In this document: positions 16,167 to 25,046 of the stretch, in pieces | How positions within the stretch are numbered: position 1 is the first letter of the stretch | Layout of the letters: every line of letters starts with the position of its first letter | DNA from: Acidobacteriaceae bacterium | Lineage (GTDB): Bacteria > Acidobacteriota > Terriglobia > Terriglobales > Acidobacteriaceae | Assembly (NCBI GenBank): GCA_003168355.1 | Contig: PMSQ01000134.1 | Span: 7,222-71,221, forward strand | Direction of reading: 5' to 3' | DNA: 64,000 bases | Position numbers and translations under genes: made by a program | Notes under the pieces: model-generated | What the model saw: only the letters and a program-made list of their open reading frames with translations | What the model was told of the DNA's origin: nothing | Databases searched by the model: none

Positions 16167-17570
16167 ATGTCTGGGGATCCACACAAGACCTTCTACCTCG
16201 AAACCTTCGGCTGTCAGATGAATGCGCATGACTCGGAAAAGGTCATTGGCACGCTGCTGAACGAGGGGTACCGGCAGGTGGAGACGGTGGAAGAGGCCGG
16301 GCTGGTGCTCTACAACACGTGCTCCATCCGGGATAAGGCGGAGCAGAAGGTTTTTAATCGCCTCAACGACTACAAGAAATACCAGAAGCAGGGCAAGAAG
16401 TTTGGCGTGCTGGGCTGCGTGGCGCAGCAGGAAGGCGAAAAGATTTTCGAGCGCGCGCCGCATGTCTCCCTTGTCTGCGGATCGGCCAGCTATCGCAACC
16501 TTCCGCAAATGCTGGTGCAGTTAGAAAACGCCCAACTGGAAAACGCCCCGATGGAAACAGGGAAGTCCGGCCCCCCGAAGCCCAAAGCCCGAAGCCCGAT
16601 TCGCGTCACCGGGCTCGACGATCGCGAGACCGACGAGTGCTTCGAGACCGAATTTACCGCCCGCACCAATCCGCATCGCGGATACATCACCATCATCGAA
16701 GGCTGCGACAAGTTTTGCTCCTACTGCGTGGTGCCTTTTACGCGAGGTAAAGAGCGCAGCCGGACTTCGGACTCGGTGCTCGCCGAAGCGCGCCAGATGG
16801 CCGATCTGGGCTATACGGAGATCCAACTGTTGGGCCAGAACGTGAATTCGTATAAAGATCCGGCAGGGAAGCCGGGTGGGAAGAAAACGTTCGCGGAGTT
16901 GCTGGCCGCAGTGGGCGAAGTGCCGGGGATTCGGCGAGTGCGATTTACGACTTCGCACCCACGGGATTTTGGGCGGGACATTGTCGAGGCCATCGACTCC
17001 GTACCCACGTTGTGCGACCACGTACACCTGCCGGTGCAGAGCGGATCGAACCACGTGCTGGGCGCCATGCAGCGCCTTTACACCCGCGAGCAGTATCTCG
17101 AGCGCATTGCCTGGATGAAGGCGGCGAAGCGGGAGATCAGCATCACCAGTGATGTGATCGTGGGCTTTCCGGGAGAGACGGAAGAAGACTTCGCGGAGAC
17201 TTTGTCGTTATTGGACGAGGTTGGATACGATGCGGTGTTTTCCTTTAAGTACTCTCCGCGCCCGAACACCCCATCGCTTGCGCTTGAAGATGCGATTCCG
17301 GATCAGGAGAAGGCGCGCCGCCTGGAAGTGCTAATGGCAAGGCAAAGAGAAATCCAGATCGCCCGCTACAAGAAATATATAGGAACAGTATCTGAGGTAA
17401 TGGTTGAAGGTCGAAACGAAGCCCGGTCGCAATGGATCGGCCGCACCTCGCAGAACAAAACGCTGAACTTCACCGCACCGGCGCTAGCCGCTCCCAAGGT
17501 GGGAAGCTACGTCCCGGTAATGACGACGATAAGCTTTCCGAACAGTCTTCTGGGAGAAATGGTGGTATAA
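16167..17570 (+). CDS. miaB: tRNA-2-methylthio-N6-dimethylallyladenosine synthase MiaB
   Basis: FYLETFGCQMN..., radical-SAM CDKFCSYC, and a TRAM-type C-terminus. Confidence 0.95.
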   Translation: MSGDPHKTFYLETFGCQMNAHDSEKVIGTLLNEGYRQVETVEEAGLVLYNTCSIRDKAEQKVFNRLNDYKKYQKQGKKFGVLGCVAQQEGEKIFERAPHVSLVCGSASYRNLPQMLVQLENAQLENAPMETGKSGPPKPKARSPIRVTGLDDRETDECFETEFTARTNPHRGYITIIEGCDKFCSYCVVPFTRGKERSRTSDSVLAEARQMADLGYTEIQLLGQNVNSYKDPAGKPGGKKTFAELLAAVGEVPGIRRVRFTTSHPRDFGRDIVEAIDSVPTLCDHVHLPVQSGSNHVLGAMQRLYTREQYLERIAWMKAAKREISITSDVIVGFPGETEEDFAETLSLLDEVGYDAVFSFKYSPRPNTPSLALEDAIPDQEKARRLEVLMARQREIQIARYKKYIGTVSEVMVEGRNEARSQWIGRTSQNKTLNFTAPALAAPKVGSYVPVMTTISFPNSLLGEMVV

Positions 17571-17629
17571 AAAGCGAAGCGCGGCGGTACAGGGAGCGCC
17601 GTTGAAGGAGTTTCATCAAGGAGTCTCAT

Positions 17630-18115
17630 ATGGAAGTAGAGATGACCATCCGTGGCCTTTTAATGGATCCGGTGACGAATACGCCGATTGTGATTCTTAA
17701 GGATGTTGCGGGGGAGAGTGTGCTGCCGATCTGGGTGGGGGTTTATGAGGCGAATGCGATTGCGCTGGAGATGGAGAAGGTGAACACGCCGCGGCCGATG
17801 ACCCATGATTTGATCAAGAACGTGTTGACTGGGCTGGAGACGCAGGTGCATAAGGTGGTGGTAACGGAACTGCGCGAGGATACGTTTTACGCGGTGATCT
17901 GGCTGGAGCGCGGGGGCGAGGTGGTCAGCATCGACTCGCGGCCGTCGGATGCACTGGCGCTGGCGTTGCGGATGGATTGTCCGATATTTGTGGATGATGT
18001 GGTGCTGAAGAATTCGAAGCAGGCGGCGAACATGTCGGATCGCGTGACCGCCGAGGAGTTGCGCAAGTATCTGGACGGGCTGAACGACGAAGATCTGGGG
18101 AAGTACAAGATGTAG
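17630..18115 (+). CDS. Bifunctional nuclease (DUF151) family protein
   Basis: ILKDVAGESVLPIWVG..EA.AI...RPMTHDL...SIDSRPSDALALA. Confidence 0.85.
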   Translation: MEVEMTIRGLLMDPVTNTPIVILKDVAGESVLPIWVGVYEANAIALEMEKVNTPRPMTHDLIKNVLTGLETQVHKVVVTELREDTFYAVIWLERGGEVVSIDSRPSDALALALRMDCPIFVDDVVLKNSKQAANMSDRVTAEELRKYLDGLNDEDLGKYKM

Positions 18116-18119
18116 GGGA

Positions 18120-18159
18120 TTGAGTCATTGGGCGATCGGGTGGTTGGGTGATTTGAAGT
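18120..18159. repeat. Octad-periodic element (ATTGAGTC ATTGGGCG ATCGGGTG GTTGGGTG ATTTGAAG)
   Basis: Near-identical to 24920-24959. Here it lies between convergent genes. Confidence 0.8.
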
Positions 18160-18206
18160 GCCGAACTACTCCTGCGGCAGCCGCCAGCCAGTTTACATAA
18201 TACCTG

Positions 18207-19688
18207 TTATCGGACGTTGACACTCGAGTTTGAGTCGTTGGCGTTGAAGTAGTTCTCGGCCTTCGACCAAGCCGCGGACGCTACCATGCGACCGAGCAAT
18301 CGGCCGGCGAGGTCGGCGGCGCGGAAGTGGATGCCGCCGTAGCGGCGCGACATTCCGGCTTCGTCTGCCGCGTCAGTGAAGGTTTCCCAGTGCAAGGCAA
18401 CAGGATGGGCGGGCGTAATTCCCGGTTCGATCTTCGAGCTGCCTGCTGCAAGAATAACCGTATCGCCGAAGCGGTCGCTTCCTGTCCAGAGTTCAAGAAT
18501 CCTGGCGGCGGCTGCGCTGTAGGTGCTGTGACCTGAGACGTAGTCTGGGAACGGCGGTGTGGGGAAAGTTGCCGGCTGGTACGGAATCCACTGCGAGCCG
18601 TCCATTTCGACCGTTCCCTTGCCGCGACCGCCCCAGGAGCGGATCATCTTGCCGCGAAACAGGAATGGAATTGCGGTAATCGGGCGAACCGAGTCGTACT
18701 CTCGTTTCGCATCCCAGGCGGCGATACCGGCGTCGAAGATTGCGTTACTCAGGGCAAAGAACATCTTCACGTCGTCGTCGAGGCTGTGATGGTCTCGCTG
18801 GGAGACGAACTGCGCGAAGAGCGCCCAATGTCCGGGTGACTGCTCGGAGTTGGGACCATCGGACCAGTATTCGGAGATCATTTTTTGTTCGTCGGTCAAC
18901 CCGGCGCTGATCGCGACCAATTCCTCCGCTTGCTCCTGATATTCGGGAGATCCGTATTTGAATGGGCCAGGCTCTACGACTGAGCGGAACTCGTCGCCTT
19001 TGGTCATGGCGAAGGGTGTGACGTAACACCATTGCGCACCCGCGAACATTTGAACGACCAGACCGCCGCTAGAATCCGTGTAGGTGAGCGGCTGCCAGCG
19101 TTCGGGATTCAGAGGTTTTGCAAATGGAAGACGCGCGGGGACCGTGCCGGGCGAATTCACTGGACGATAGTCGGTCCAATCGGAGTACGGGCCTTGTGCG
19201 AGATCGCCTAACTGATTGGACTTGTCGTGATGGCGGTATTCAAGCACGGCGGCGCAGGCGACGTTGCCGATGCCTGTGGGTGTCTCGATGTCGGTGGAGT
19301 TGTCGCCGGGGTCGTAACCGAGTTGCTTCATCAGCAGAATGTAAACCGAGGCGGTGTCGACGGGCAGCACGTCCACCAGCGCGCGGTAGGCGGCGAAGCT
19401 GATGGCTCGCTCTTTGTTGGCTAGCGTGCGCTCGGAAGCAGGGCGGCGCAACGCACCGCCTAGTTGGGTGCCGACCGCGCGCTCATCGTAGGCCGCCCAG
19501 GCGTCGTACATGCAGGTGTGGACGATGGCCAGCGCCCTCGCCACCACGGGCGCGCCGAGCTTGGCGTCGCGGATGCCTTGCAGAGCGGCGGAGTTCCACT
19601 GCACACTGGTAGTTGACCGCGACGCGACGGCCGCGTTGGCCCACAGCTGCAGGATTAAGCCTGCGGCAACGACGCAAGGGTGTCTCAT
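18207..19688 (-). CDS. Vanadium-dependent haloperoxidase / PAP2-superfamily secreted protein
   Basis: PDYVSGHSTYSAAAA...SRRYGGIHFRAAD (acid-phosphatase/VHPO motifs), with a signal peptide. Confidence 0.8.
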   Translation of the reverse strand: MRHPCVVAAGLILQLWANAAVASRSTTSVQWNSAALQGIRDAKLGAPVVARALAIVHTCMYDAWAAYDERAVGTQLGGALRRPASERTLANKERAISFAAYRALVDVLPVDTASVYILLMKQLGYDPGDNSTDIETPTGIGNVACAAVLEYRHHDKSNQLGDLAQGPYSDWTDYRPVNSPGTVPARLPFAKPLNPERWQPLTYTDSSGGLVVQMFAGAQWCYVTPFAMTKGDEFRSVVEPGPFKYGSPEYQEQAEELVAISAGLTDEQKMISEYWSDGPNSEQSPGHWALFAQFVSQRDHHSLDDDVKMFFALSNAIFDAGIAAWDAKREYDSVRPITAIPFLFRGKMIRSWGGRGKGTVEMDGSQWIPYQPATFPTPPFPDYVSGHSTYSAAAARILELWTGSDRFGDTVILAAGSSKIEPGITPAHPVALHWETFTDAADEAGMSRRYGGIHFRAADLAGRLLGRMVASAAWSKAENYFNANDSNSSVNVR

Positions 19689-19726
19689 GTGAAGCCTATG
19701 CTAACAGCGAGGATTGGTACTACCAA

Positions 19727-20593
19727 TCAATGGAAAAACGCATCGTTTCCCGGCAAATTCTTCGTTTCTCGCAATGATTCCAACAGTTTCTTGGGCAGAT
19801 ACTTTTCGGCTGCAATTTGCGCTTGAGGATCGTCAACGTAAACTAAAGCCTCAGCGATGGCCGGGGCCGCCCATGCTGATTTCTCGCAAGCCGCGATTAT
19901 CAGAGGAACGGAGGCTCTATCTTGCAGCTTGGCTAGCCCTTTTGCGGCCATAATCTGGATCACGTAATCGGATGACGACATGGCTCGTCGAAGAATAGGC
20001 AGCCCTCTCGGGTCTCCCGTCTCGCCCAGGAAAACCAATTTACCTGGAAGCTCATACATTGCCTTCTGGCTCGCATCGCTCAGTGAAAGCCCCTGGCCTT
20101 TAGCCCACTGCAAGAAGGCCGGCGAGAAATGGTCGTCCAGAAGCCTACCTTGAGGGTCGCTCTCTCGCGGGAAAGGGGGGGCGCTGTCTAGTGCCGCTGT
20201 TGCGCCATTCACCAGGAAATCCCAGTACGTCGCATCTTTGTCGCCGAGTCTGACCAGTGCGCTTGCGATCTCCGCTTTGTTCCCAGGGTCGATATCCCTG
20301 CTGTGGCTTGGCTCGATGGTGCGACCGAACTGCGCCCTCAGTGCGGGAATAGCTTCCACTGCACGTGCGTGGACGATCTCTTCCACGTGAACGCCGGTGA
20401 AGTTGCCCTCTTTGACCTTCTTGACTGCCTCGGCCACGCTTCCGATGTTATGAAATCGCTGTTCAGCACGGCCATAGGCAAGGCTTTGTTCGCTCTGGGC
20501 AGGTGCGGTGCCCGCCGCCAAAGCCCAGCACACCCAAAGCAAGAAAGTCCGCCGAATCGATCTAGCGGCCATGAAGTCTGTCTCGGATGCCAT
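19727..20593 (-). CDS. Secreted HEAT-repeat-like protein
   Basis: ATG at 20593 with a GGAGGA SD. Alpha-helical repeats (AIPALRAQ..., GLPILRRAM..., SVPLIIAAC...). Confidence 0.5.
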   Translation of the reverse strand: MASETDFMAARSIRRTFLLWVCWALAAGTAPAQSEQSLAYGRAEQRFHNIGSVAEAVKKVKEGNFTGVHVEEIVHARAVEAIPALRAQFGRTIEPSHSRDIDPGNKAEIASALVRLGDKDATYWDFLVNGATAALDSAPPFPRESDPQGRLLDDHFSPAFLQWAKGQGLSLSDASQKAMYELPGKLVFLGETGDPRGLPILRRAMSSSDYVIQIMAAKGLAKLQDRASVPLIIAACEKSAWAAPAIAEALVYVDDPQAQIAAEKYLPKKLLESLRETKNLPGNDAFFH

Positions 20594-20629
20594 TCGAGTC
20601 CTCCGTAATATCGCCGATTGGTCCCCTGT

Positions 20630-23554
20630 TTACTGAATCTGGGACGGCAGTAGCTGATATGTATCGTCCAGCGCAATGAATGATGTAAGCGAGCTTTGCG
20701 GGTATGTCGCTGTCTGAGTCCCGTTTACGTAGACATAGAAAGTTGGGAAGATCGAGTTGTTGTTGGTGGAGGGACTGCCCGTGGCGCTGAATTCGATCAC
20801 GTTCCATATCCACGGCACGGTTCTACCATTGATCGTCTGACTAATTGCTTGGCCTATGGTACCGACGCGCCCTTCCGCGAGTTCGTACACGCCGGTGTCG
20901 GAGGGTGTCAGGCCCTGGGCACCGTTGTACGGACTGCTTTGCCCCGCCGCATTCGGTGCAATACCGCACGGATCAGGTGTTGATCCTGCTTCCACCGTGG
21001 CCTTGGTGGAACTCGCGCTTGATATGATCCCACCGAATTCGAACAGCGAAACTTGATAATCATTAAAGAGTCGGAAATTGCCGCCGGTGAGCTGCGTAGT
21101 CGGATTAATTGTGGCGGGCGGTGCGGTGTTTGCCGAGTTCTTTAAGAGCCACGCATTAGCATAATTGACGTCGGCTGGGCCGTTCAGAAGAGAGGCGTTA
21201 TTTACGGCCCACAAGGCGAGGAGCGCTGTACACCCCGGAGACTGATAGGTCAGCGCAGCCTGCAACCCTGAATTCTCGCCGCTAGGAAGAGTGATGACGC
21301 TGCCATTGACCCATCCAATTACTGTTACTTCCGCCGTTGTCACCTGGATGAGATTCACCGTGAACGGCCAGCCATTGCTCTGCGCGCTGCCACCATCACC
21401 GTTTGCAAGGTTGACTACAACGGAATAGCTCCCGGGTGACAGCGTCGTTAGATTGAAGGTTGCAGTGATCTGCGTACCACCTGCATTGACGGTACCGACA
21501 GTGGCGGGGATCCCGCCAATAGTGATAGCCGCTGCATTTGATCCAAAGCCACTTCCGCTGATAGTGACGGCCACCTGGGATGATCCTGCCTGCCCGGAAC
21601 CTGGGGCGATGCCGGTGATTTTTGGCACATTGCCCGGAGCAGGAGGCGCTGACACCAGCGTTTCCGGACAAGTAGGTAAATCGTGGTAATCGTCGCTGCA
21701 AGCCTCGCCATTGATCTCCTGGGTAGAGGTGGCTCCCAAGTTCAGCGTACCCGCGTTCACCCCGGTGACTAGCCCAGCCGCTACGGTCGCGACGGTTGTA
21801 TTAGAACTGCTCCAACTCGCCGATGCGGTAAGGTTGTATTGCGTGCCGCTTTTGTATTGCACGGTGAAAGTCTCCTGCAGAGTTCCACCCGACCCCACGG
21901 CAAATGGATTGGCGTCGATAAAGCCCTCCACCGCTCCTGAGCAGGTGATACATATCGGCGTGCAGGTTGCCTTTTGCACATTGTATATGCCGGCGTCGAC
22001 GACCACTAGAATCCGTTGGTATTCGCCCTGCGGTCCCGCGATCTCGGCGCTGCCCTCCTTTACCGAGGGCGGAATCAAGTTGCGATCATCATCGGGGATT
22101 TGGTTCTGAATGATTTCCGAGACGTTGAGCATTTGGGCGGCTCTCGGATCGAGATGCAGAGGATACTTGTAATGGCCGCCGGAGAAGAACAACGTAAGCA
22201 CCAAGTCCTGGGCTTCGTCGGCCGGGTTCCAGAGGTTGATCATGGTGTCGTCGCCGTTGGCGGTGCTCCAGTAGGAGAGGCCTCTTGCGGCGCTTTCCGA
22301 AACAACTTGCGGCCGCGCCTCAAAGACATAGGTGTTTTTCTGATCCACGCTGCCGCCCGCCATTAGCAGGGCGCCATCTGGGCCTTGAAAATCGAAAACG
22401 AAGTTTGTGCTGCCGTTGAAATTCCTAAGGCTGCTGGAGGAGATTAGGGATGCGAGATTCAGGTCCATTGCGGCGTAGGGAGGGATGGAAACCTGAGGAA
22501 GCTGTACGGAGCGCGAAGCGGCGTTTTCAACCCAGTTGAGTTTGGGCTGGATTGAGTATGCCTGCCCGGTAAGGTTGCGCAGGACGAAGTAGGGCGTAAA
22601 TCTGGTTCCGGCGGGGAAGCGCATCATGGGATCGGCCTCGCCCATCATGAACCCGACCGCTGCGTAGGTGAGTGTTGCCGATTTTTCGGATGGTTTTGGC
22701 GGGCTGTGCAAGGGCAAATTGGCGGAAAAGCCCGTGGCCAGATCTTCGAGTCCGCCGCTCACCAGCAGTCCGTGTTCGGGTCCGTTATATGCGACGCGGA
22801 CGCCTCCTTCGTTTGCGGGGGCCGACTGCATTTCAAGCAGATCGACGACCTTAGTGCCATGCGAAGAGACTGTGACCGTATGGGTTCCGAGGATATTTGA
22901 CTGGTTGTCGAGCACCTGGAGATTCGCGGAAATCGGCTGTGCCGCAGGATTCGAGAGCGTCACGAAGCCGGTTACATTGGGCTCGTGCTTCCACCAGATG
23001 CCTTCGAGCGCGCGAGGTTGGAAGGCATCACTTTGTATCTGCGCGTCCGATGCCATGGCCGGCTGAAGGTTGTAGCTGAAGATCACGCTATGTAGAACGT
23101 CAACAGAACGCACGGTCACACATAGGGCGTCCCACGGCCAGTTGTAATCTATTTCGACGTAGCCTTTCAGGGCGGACCAAGGTGCGATACCGTTCTCTGC
23201 CAGCGCTTGATTGATGTTCACGACCGCCGTGCCGGAGGGTTCCAGATTTACGTCCGCTAGCTGGTACCTGTGTCCGTTGCTGAGATAAAGGACGGGCGTA
23301 ACCGTGATGGGAGCGACCTTGACACTGTTCTTGATATAGATGGAGGACTTGAAATTTGCATCGACCATCCATAGGCCGCCTATCATCGAACGCGGGACGG
23401 CAGGACTGTGCCACTTGCCGGTGTAGGGCAGAGCTGGCGACACGGGTTTGTGCGGGGCGAGTACTCTGGGCTGTTGGGCGTGCAGGTTTGCGCTAAGAGC
23501 AGCAAATGCGAGCGCGAAGACAGCGAATCTCAATACGACAGAGCGGAGAGACAT
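20630..23554 (-). CDS. Large secreted protein with Big_2 and IPT/TIG Ig-like domains; the N-terminal ~500 aa are unknown
   Basis: ATG at 23554 with a GGAGG SD gives the signal peptide MSLRSVVLRFAVFALAFAALSANLHA. The Big_2-like segment is ASWSSSNTTVATVAAGLVTGVNAG. The IPT-like segment is PKITGIAPGSG...VTISGSGFG. Confidence 0.8.
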   Translation of the reverse strand: MSLRSVVLRFAVFALAFAALSANLHAQQPRVLAPHKPVSPALPYTGKWHSPAVPRSMIGGLWMVDANFKSSIYIKNSVKVAPITVTPVLYLSNGHRYQLADVNLEPSGTAVVNINQALAENGIAPWSALKGYVEIDYNWPWDALCVTVRSVDVLHSVIFSYNLQPAMASDAQIQSDAFQPRALEGIWWKHEPNVTGFVTLSNPAAQPISANLQVLDNQSNILGTHTVTVSSHGTKVVDLLEMQSAPANEGGVRVAYNGPEHGLLVSGGLEDLATGFSANLPLHSPPKPSEKSATLTYAAVGFMMGEADPMMRFPAGTRFTPYFVLRNLTGQAYSIQPKLNWVENAASRSVQLPQVSIPPYAAMDLNLASLISSSSLRNFNGSTNFVFDFQGPDGALLMAGGSVDQKNTYVFEARPQVVSESAARGLSYWSTANGDDTMINLWNPADEAQDLVLTLFFSGGHYKYPLHLDPRAAQMLNVSEIIQNQIPDDDRNLIPPSVKEGSAEIAGPQGEYQRILVVVDAGIYNVQKATCTPICITCSGAVEGFIDANPFAVGSGGTLQETFTVQYKSGTQYNLTASASWSSSNTTVATVAAGLVTGVNAGTLNLGATSTQEINGEACSDDYHDLPTCPETLVSAPPAPGNVPKITGIAPGSGQAGSSQVAVTISGSGFGSNAAAITIGGIPATVGTVNAGGTQITATFNLTTLSPGSYSVVVNLANGDGGSAQSNGWPFTVNLIQVTTAEVTVIGWVNGSVITLPSGENSGLQAALTYQSPGCTALLALWAVNNASLLNGPADVNYANAWLLKNSANTAPPATINPTTQLTGGNFRLFNDYQVSLFEFGGIISSASSTKATVEAGSTPDPCGIAPNAAGQSSPYNGAQGLTPSDTGVYELAEGRVGTIGQAISQTINGRTVPWIWNVIEFSATGSPSTNNNSIFPTFYVYVNGTQTATYPQSSLTSFIALDDTYQLLPSQIQ

Positions 23555-23851
23555 TTCCCCGGCCTCCAACAGGATTTAACAACTCGATCCCTGGGGCCTC
23601 GGTGCTGTGGCACCGCTACTCAGCGCAGTCCGCATGTGCGCCGCTCACTAATTTGGGCAAAGCTACCGAGAGGAATGCGTGATCCGAAAGTCTTCGAGTC
23701 TCCTCTGGGGGTAAAGTGTGAGTGAATCTATACAAGGTTGTGGATCGTGTCAAGGCAAAACGAAAAACGTTCCTAAGCGGCACACTTGGCGAGAGATCGG
23801 GCCTTCGGCCCGAGGACAGCCGGGGGCGGCTGTCCCCACATAGGCAAACGG

Positions 23852-24880
23852 CTATTCGCCGGGGAAGACGATTTTGGGATGGAAGAGGGTGCCGGCGACG
23901 CGGGTGGCGATGGCGATGAGGTCGCGTTGTCCGGAGAAGACTTTGACCTGGCGGGCGCGGGAGAGTTCGGGAAGGTTGACAGGGCGGCCGCTGCGGATGC
24001 GGGCGGCGGTGGCGTCATCGGCGGTGACGGAGGGAAATTGGGGCAGGAGCTGACGGGGGTGAACGAAGTGGACCTCGATTGCGTAGGAGTCGATCTCGGT
24101 GGCATCGGGGGAGCCGGTCGCATTCATGATTTCGTCGACAAGAGAGACGGGGGTAGAGATTCTTCGACTCGCGCTCGCATTCGCTCGCACTCGCTCAGAA
24201 TGACAGTCGGTTGGTGGCCGGACGATTTTATTCGTTGCAACGCAGTTTTCGATTTCATTGATGGTGTGGGCCTGGGTGATATCGAACTCGGCGACGGCGG
24301 TGCGGCGGAGGGATTCGAGATGGGCTCCGGAGCCGAGACGCTGGCCCATTTCGTGAGCGATGGAACGCATGTAGGTTCCAGAAGCCACGCGGGCGCGGAA
24401 GCGGGCGCGGTCGGCTTCGACGGAGAGGATGACGAATTCCTTGATCTCGACTTGAACCGGCTTCAGGACTACCTCTTGCTGTTTTCGCGCCAGCTTGTAG
24501 GCCGGGACGCCGTGGATTTTCTTGGCCGAGAACGGAGGCGGGACTTGCTCGATGAGGCCCTGGAATGCGGCAGCGAGTTGCTGGATGGGCGCGAGGGTGA
24601 GGGCGACTGGGCAGGGCTCGCTGGTAGGGGTGCCATCGGCGTCGTAGGTGTTGGTGGCGAAGCCGAAGCGGATCACGCCTTCGTAGGTTTTTTCGGAAGT
24701 GGTGTAGAACTGAGCAAGACGGGTGAGACTGCCGATGACGAGCGGAAGCACGCCGGTGGCGAGAGGATCGAGAGTACCGAGATGGCCGACGGAACGCTGG
24801 CCCAAGATGTGGCGCATGCGGTTGACCACATCGTGGGAGGTCCAGCCGGCGGGCTTATCGATGATGATGACGCCATTCAT
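23852..24880 (-). CDS. truB: tRNA pseudouridine(55) synthase TruB
   Basis: MNGVIIIDKPAGWTSHDVV...GHLGTLDPLATGVLPL, with a PUA-like C-terminus. Confidence 0.95.
   Translation of the reverse strand: MNGVIIIDKPAGWTSHDVVNRMRHILGQRSVGHLGTLDPLATGVLPLVIGSLTRLAQFYTTSEKTYEGVIRFGFATNTYDADGTPTSEPCPVALTLAPIQQLAAAFQGLIEQVPPPFSAKKIHGVPAYKLARKQQEVVLKPVQVEIKEFVILSVEADRARFRARVASGTYMRSIAHEMGQRLGSGAHLESLRRTAVAEFDITQAHTINEIENCVATNKIVRPPTDCHSERVRANASASRRISTPVSLVDEIMNATGSPDATEIDSYAIEVHFVHPRQLLPQFPSVTADDATAARIRSGRPVNLPELSRARQVKVFSGQRDLIAIATRVAGTLFHPKIVFPGE
24157..24206. repeat. REP family B-like unit inside truB (..TTCTTCGACTCGCGCTCGCATTCGCTCGCACTCGCTCAGAATGACAG)
   Basis: Ends with the CTCGCTCAGAATGAC arm shared with 43063-43077. 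Translated as ...CHSERVRANASASRRI... Confidence 0.65.
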
Positions 24881-24919
24881 GTGAGGGATTTGGTAATTTG
24901 GTAAAACTGAGTCTCGAGT

Positions 24920-24959
24920 ATTGAGTGATCGGGCGATCGGGTCATCGGGCGATTTGAAA
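24920..24959. repeat. Octad-periodic element in the truB leader (ATTGAGTG ATCGGGCG ATCGGGTC ATCGGGCG ATTTGAAA)
   Basis: Read directly from the sequence. Sense-oriented (TTTTCAAATCGCC...) toward truB. Confidence 0.85.
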
Positions 24960-24986
24960 ATGCCGGCACGAAGCCCGTTTTAAGAT

Positions 24987-25026
24987 TTTCAATTGCTCAA
25001 TCAGTCGATGGCTCAATCGCTCAATT
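24987..25026. repeat. Octad-periodic element in the rhomboid leader (TTTCAATT GCTCAATC AGTCGATG GCTCAATC GCTCAATT)
   Basis: Read directly from the sequence. Same sense orientation toward the downstream + strand gene. Confidence 0.8.
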
Positions 25027-25046
25027 ACTAAGCTACCAGACTTCTT

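Noticed and set aside
16153-16169. TATACT 8 nt upstream of the miaB ATG as a leaderless promoter
   Set aside because: There is no acceptable -35 element at 16-19 nt spacing, so a single hexamer match is not enough.
23786-24904. 372-aa ORF antisense to truB
   Set aside because: It is a mirror-frame artefact of a high-GC gene. There is no motif and no SD, and it fully overlaps truB.
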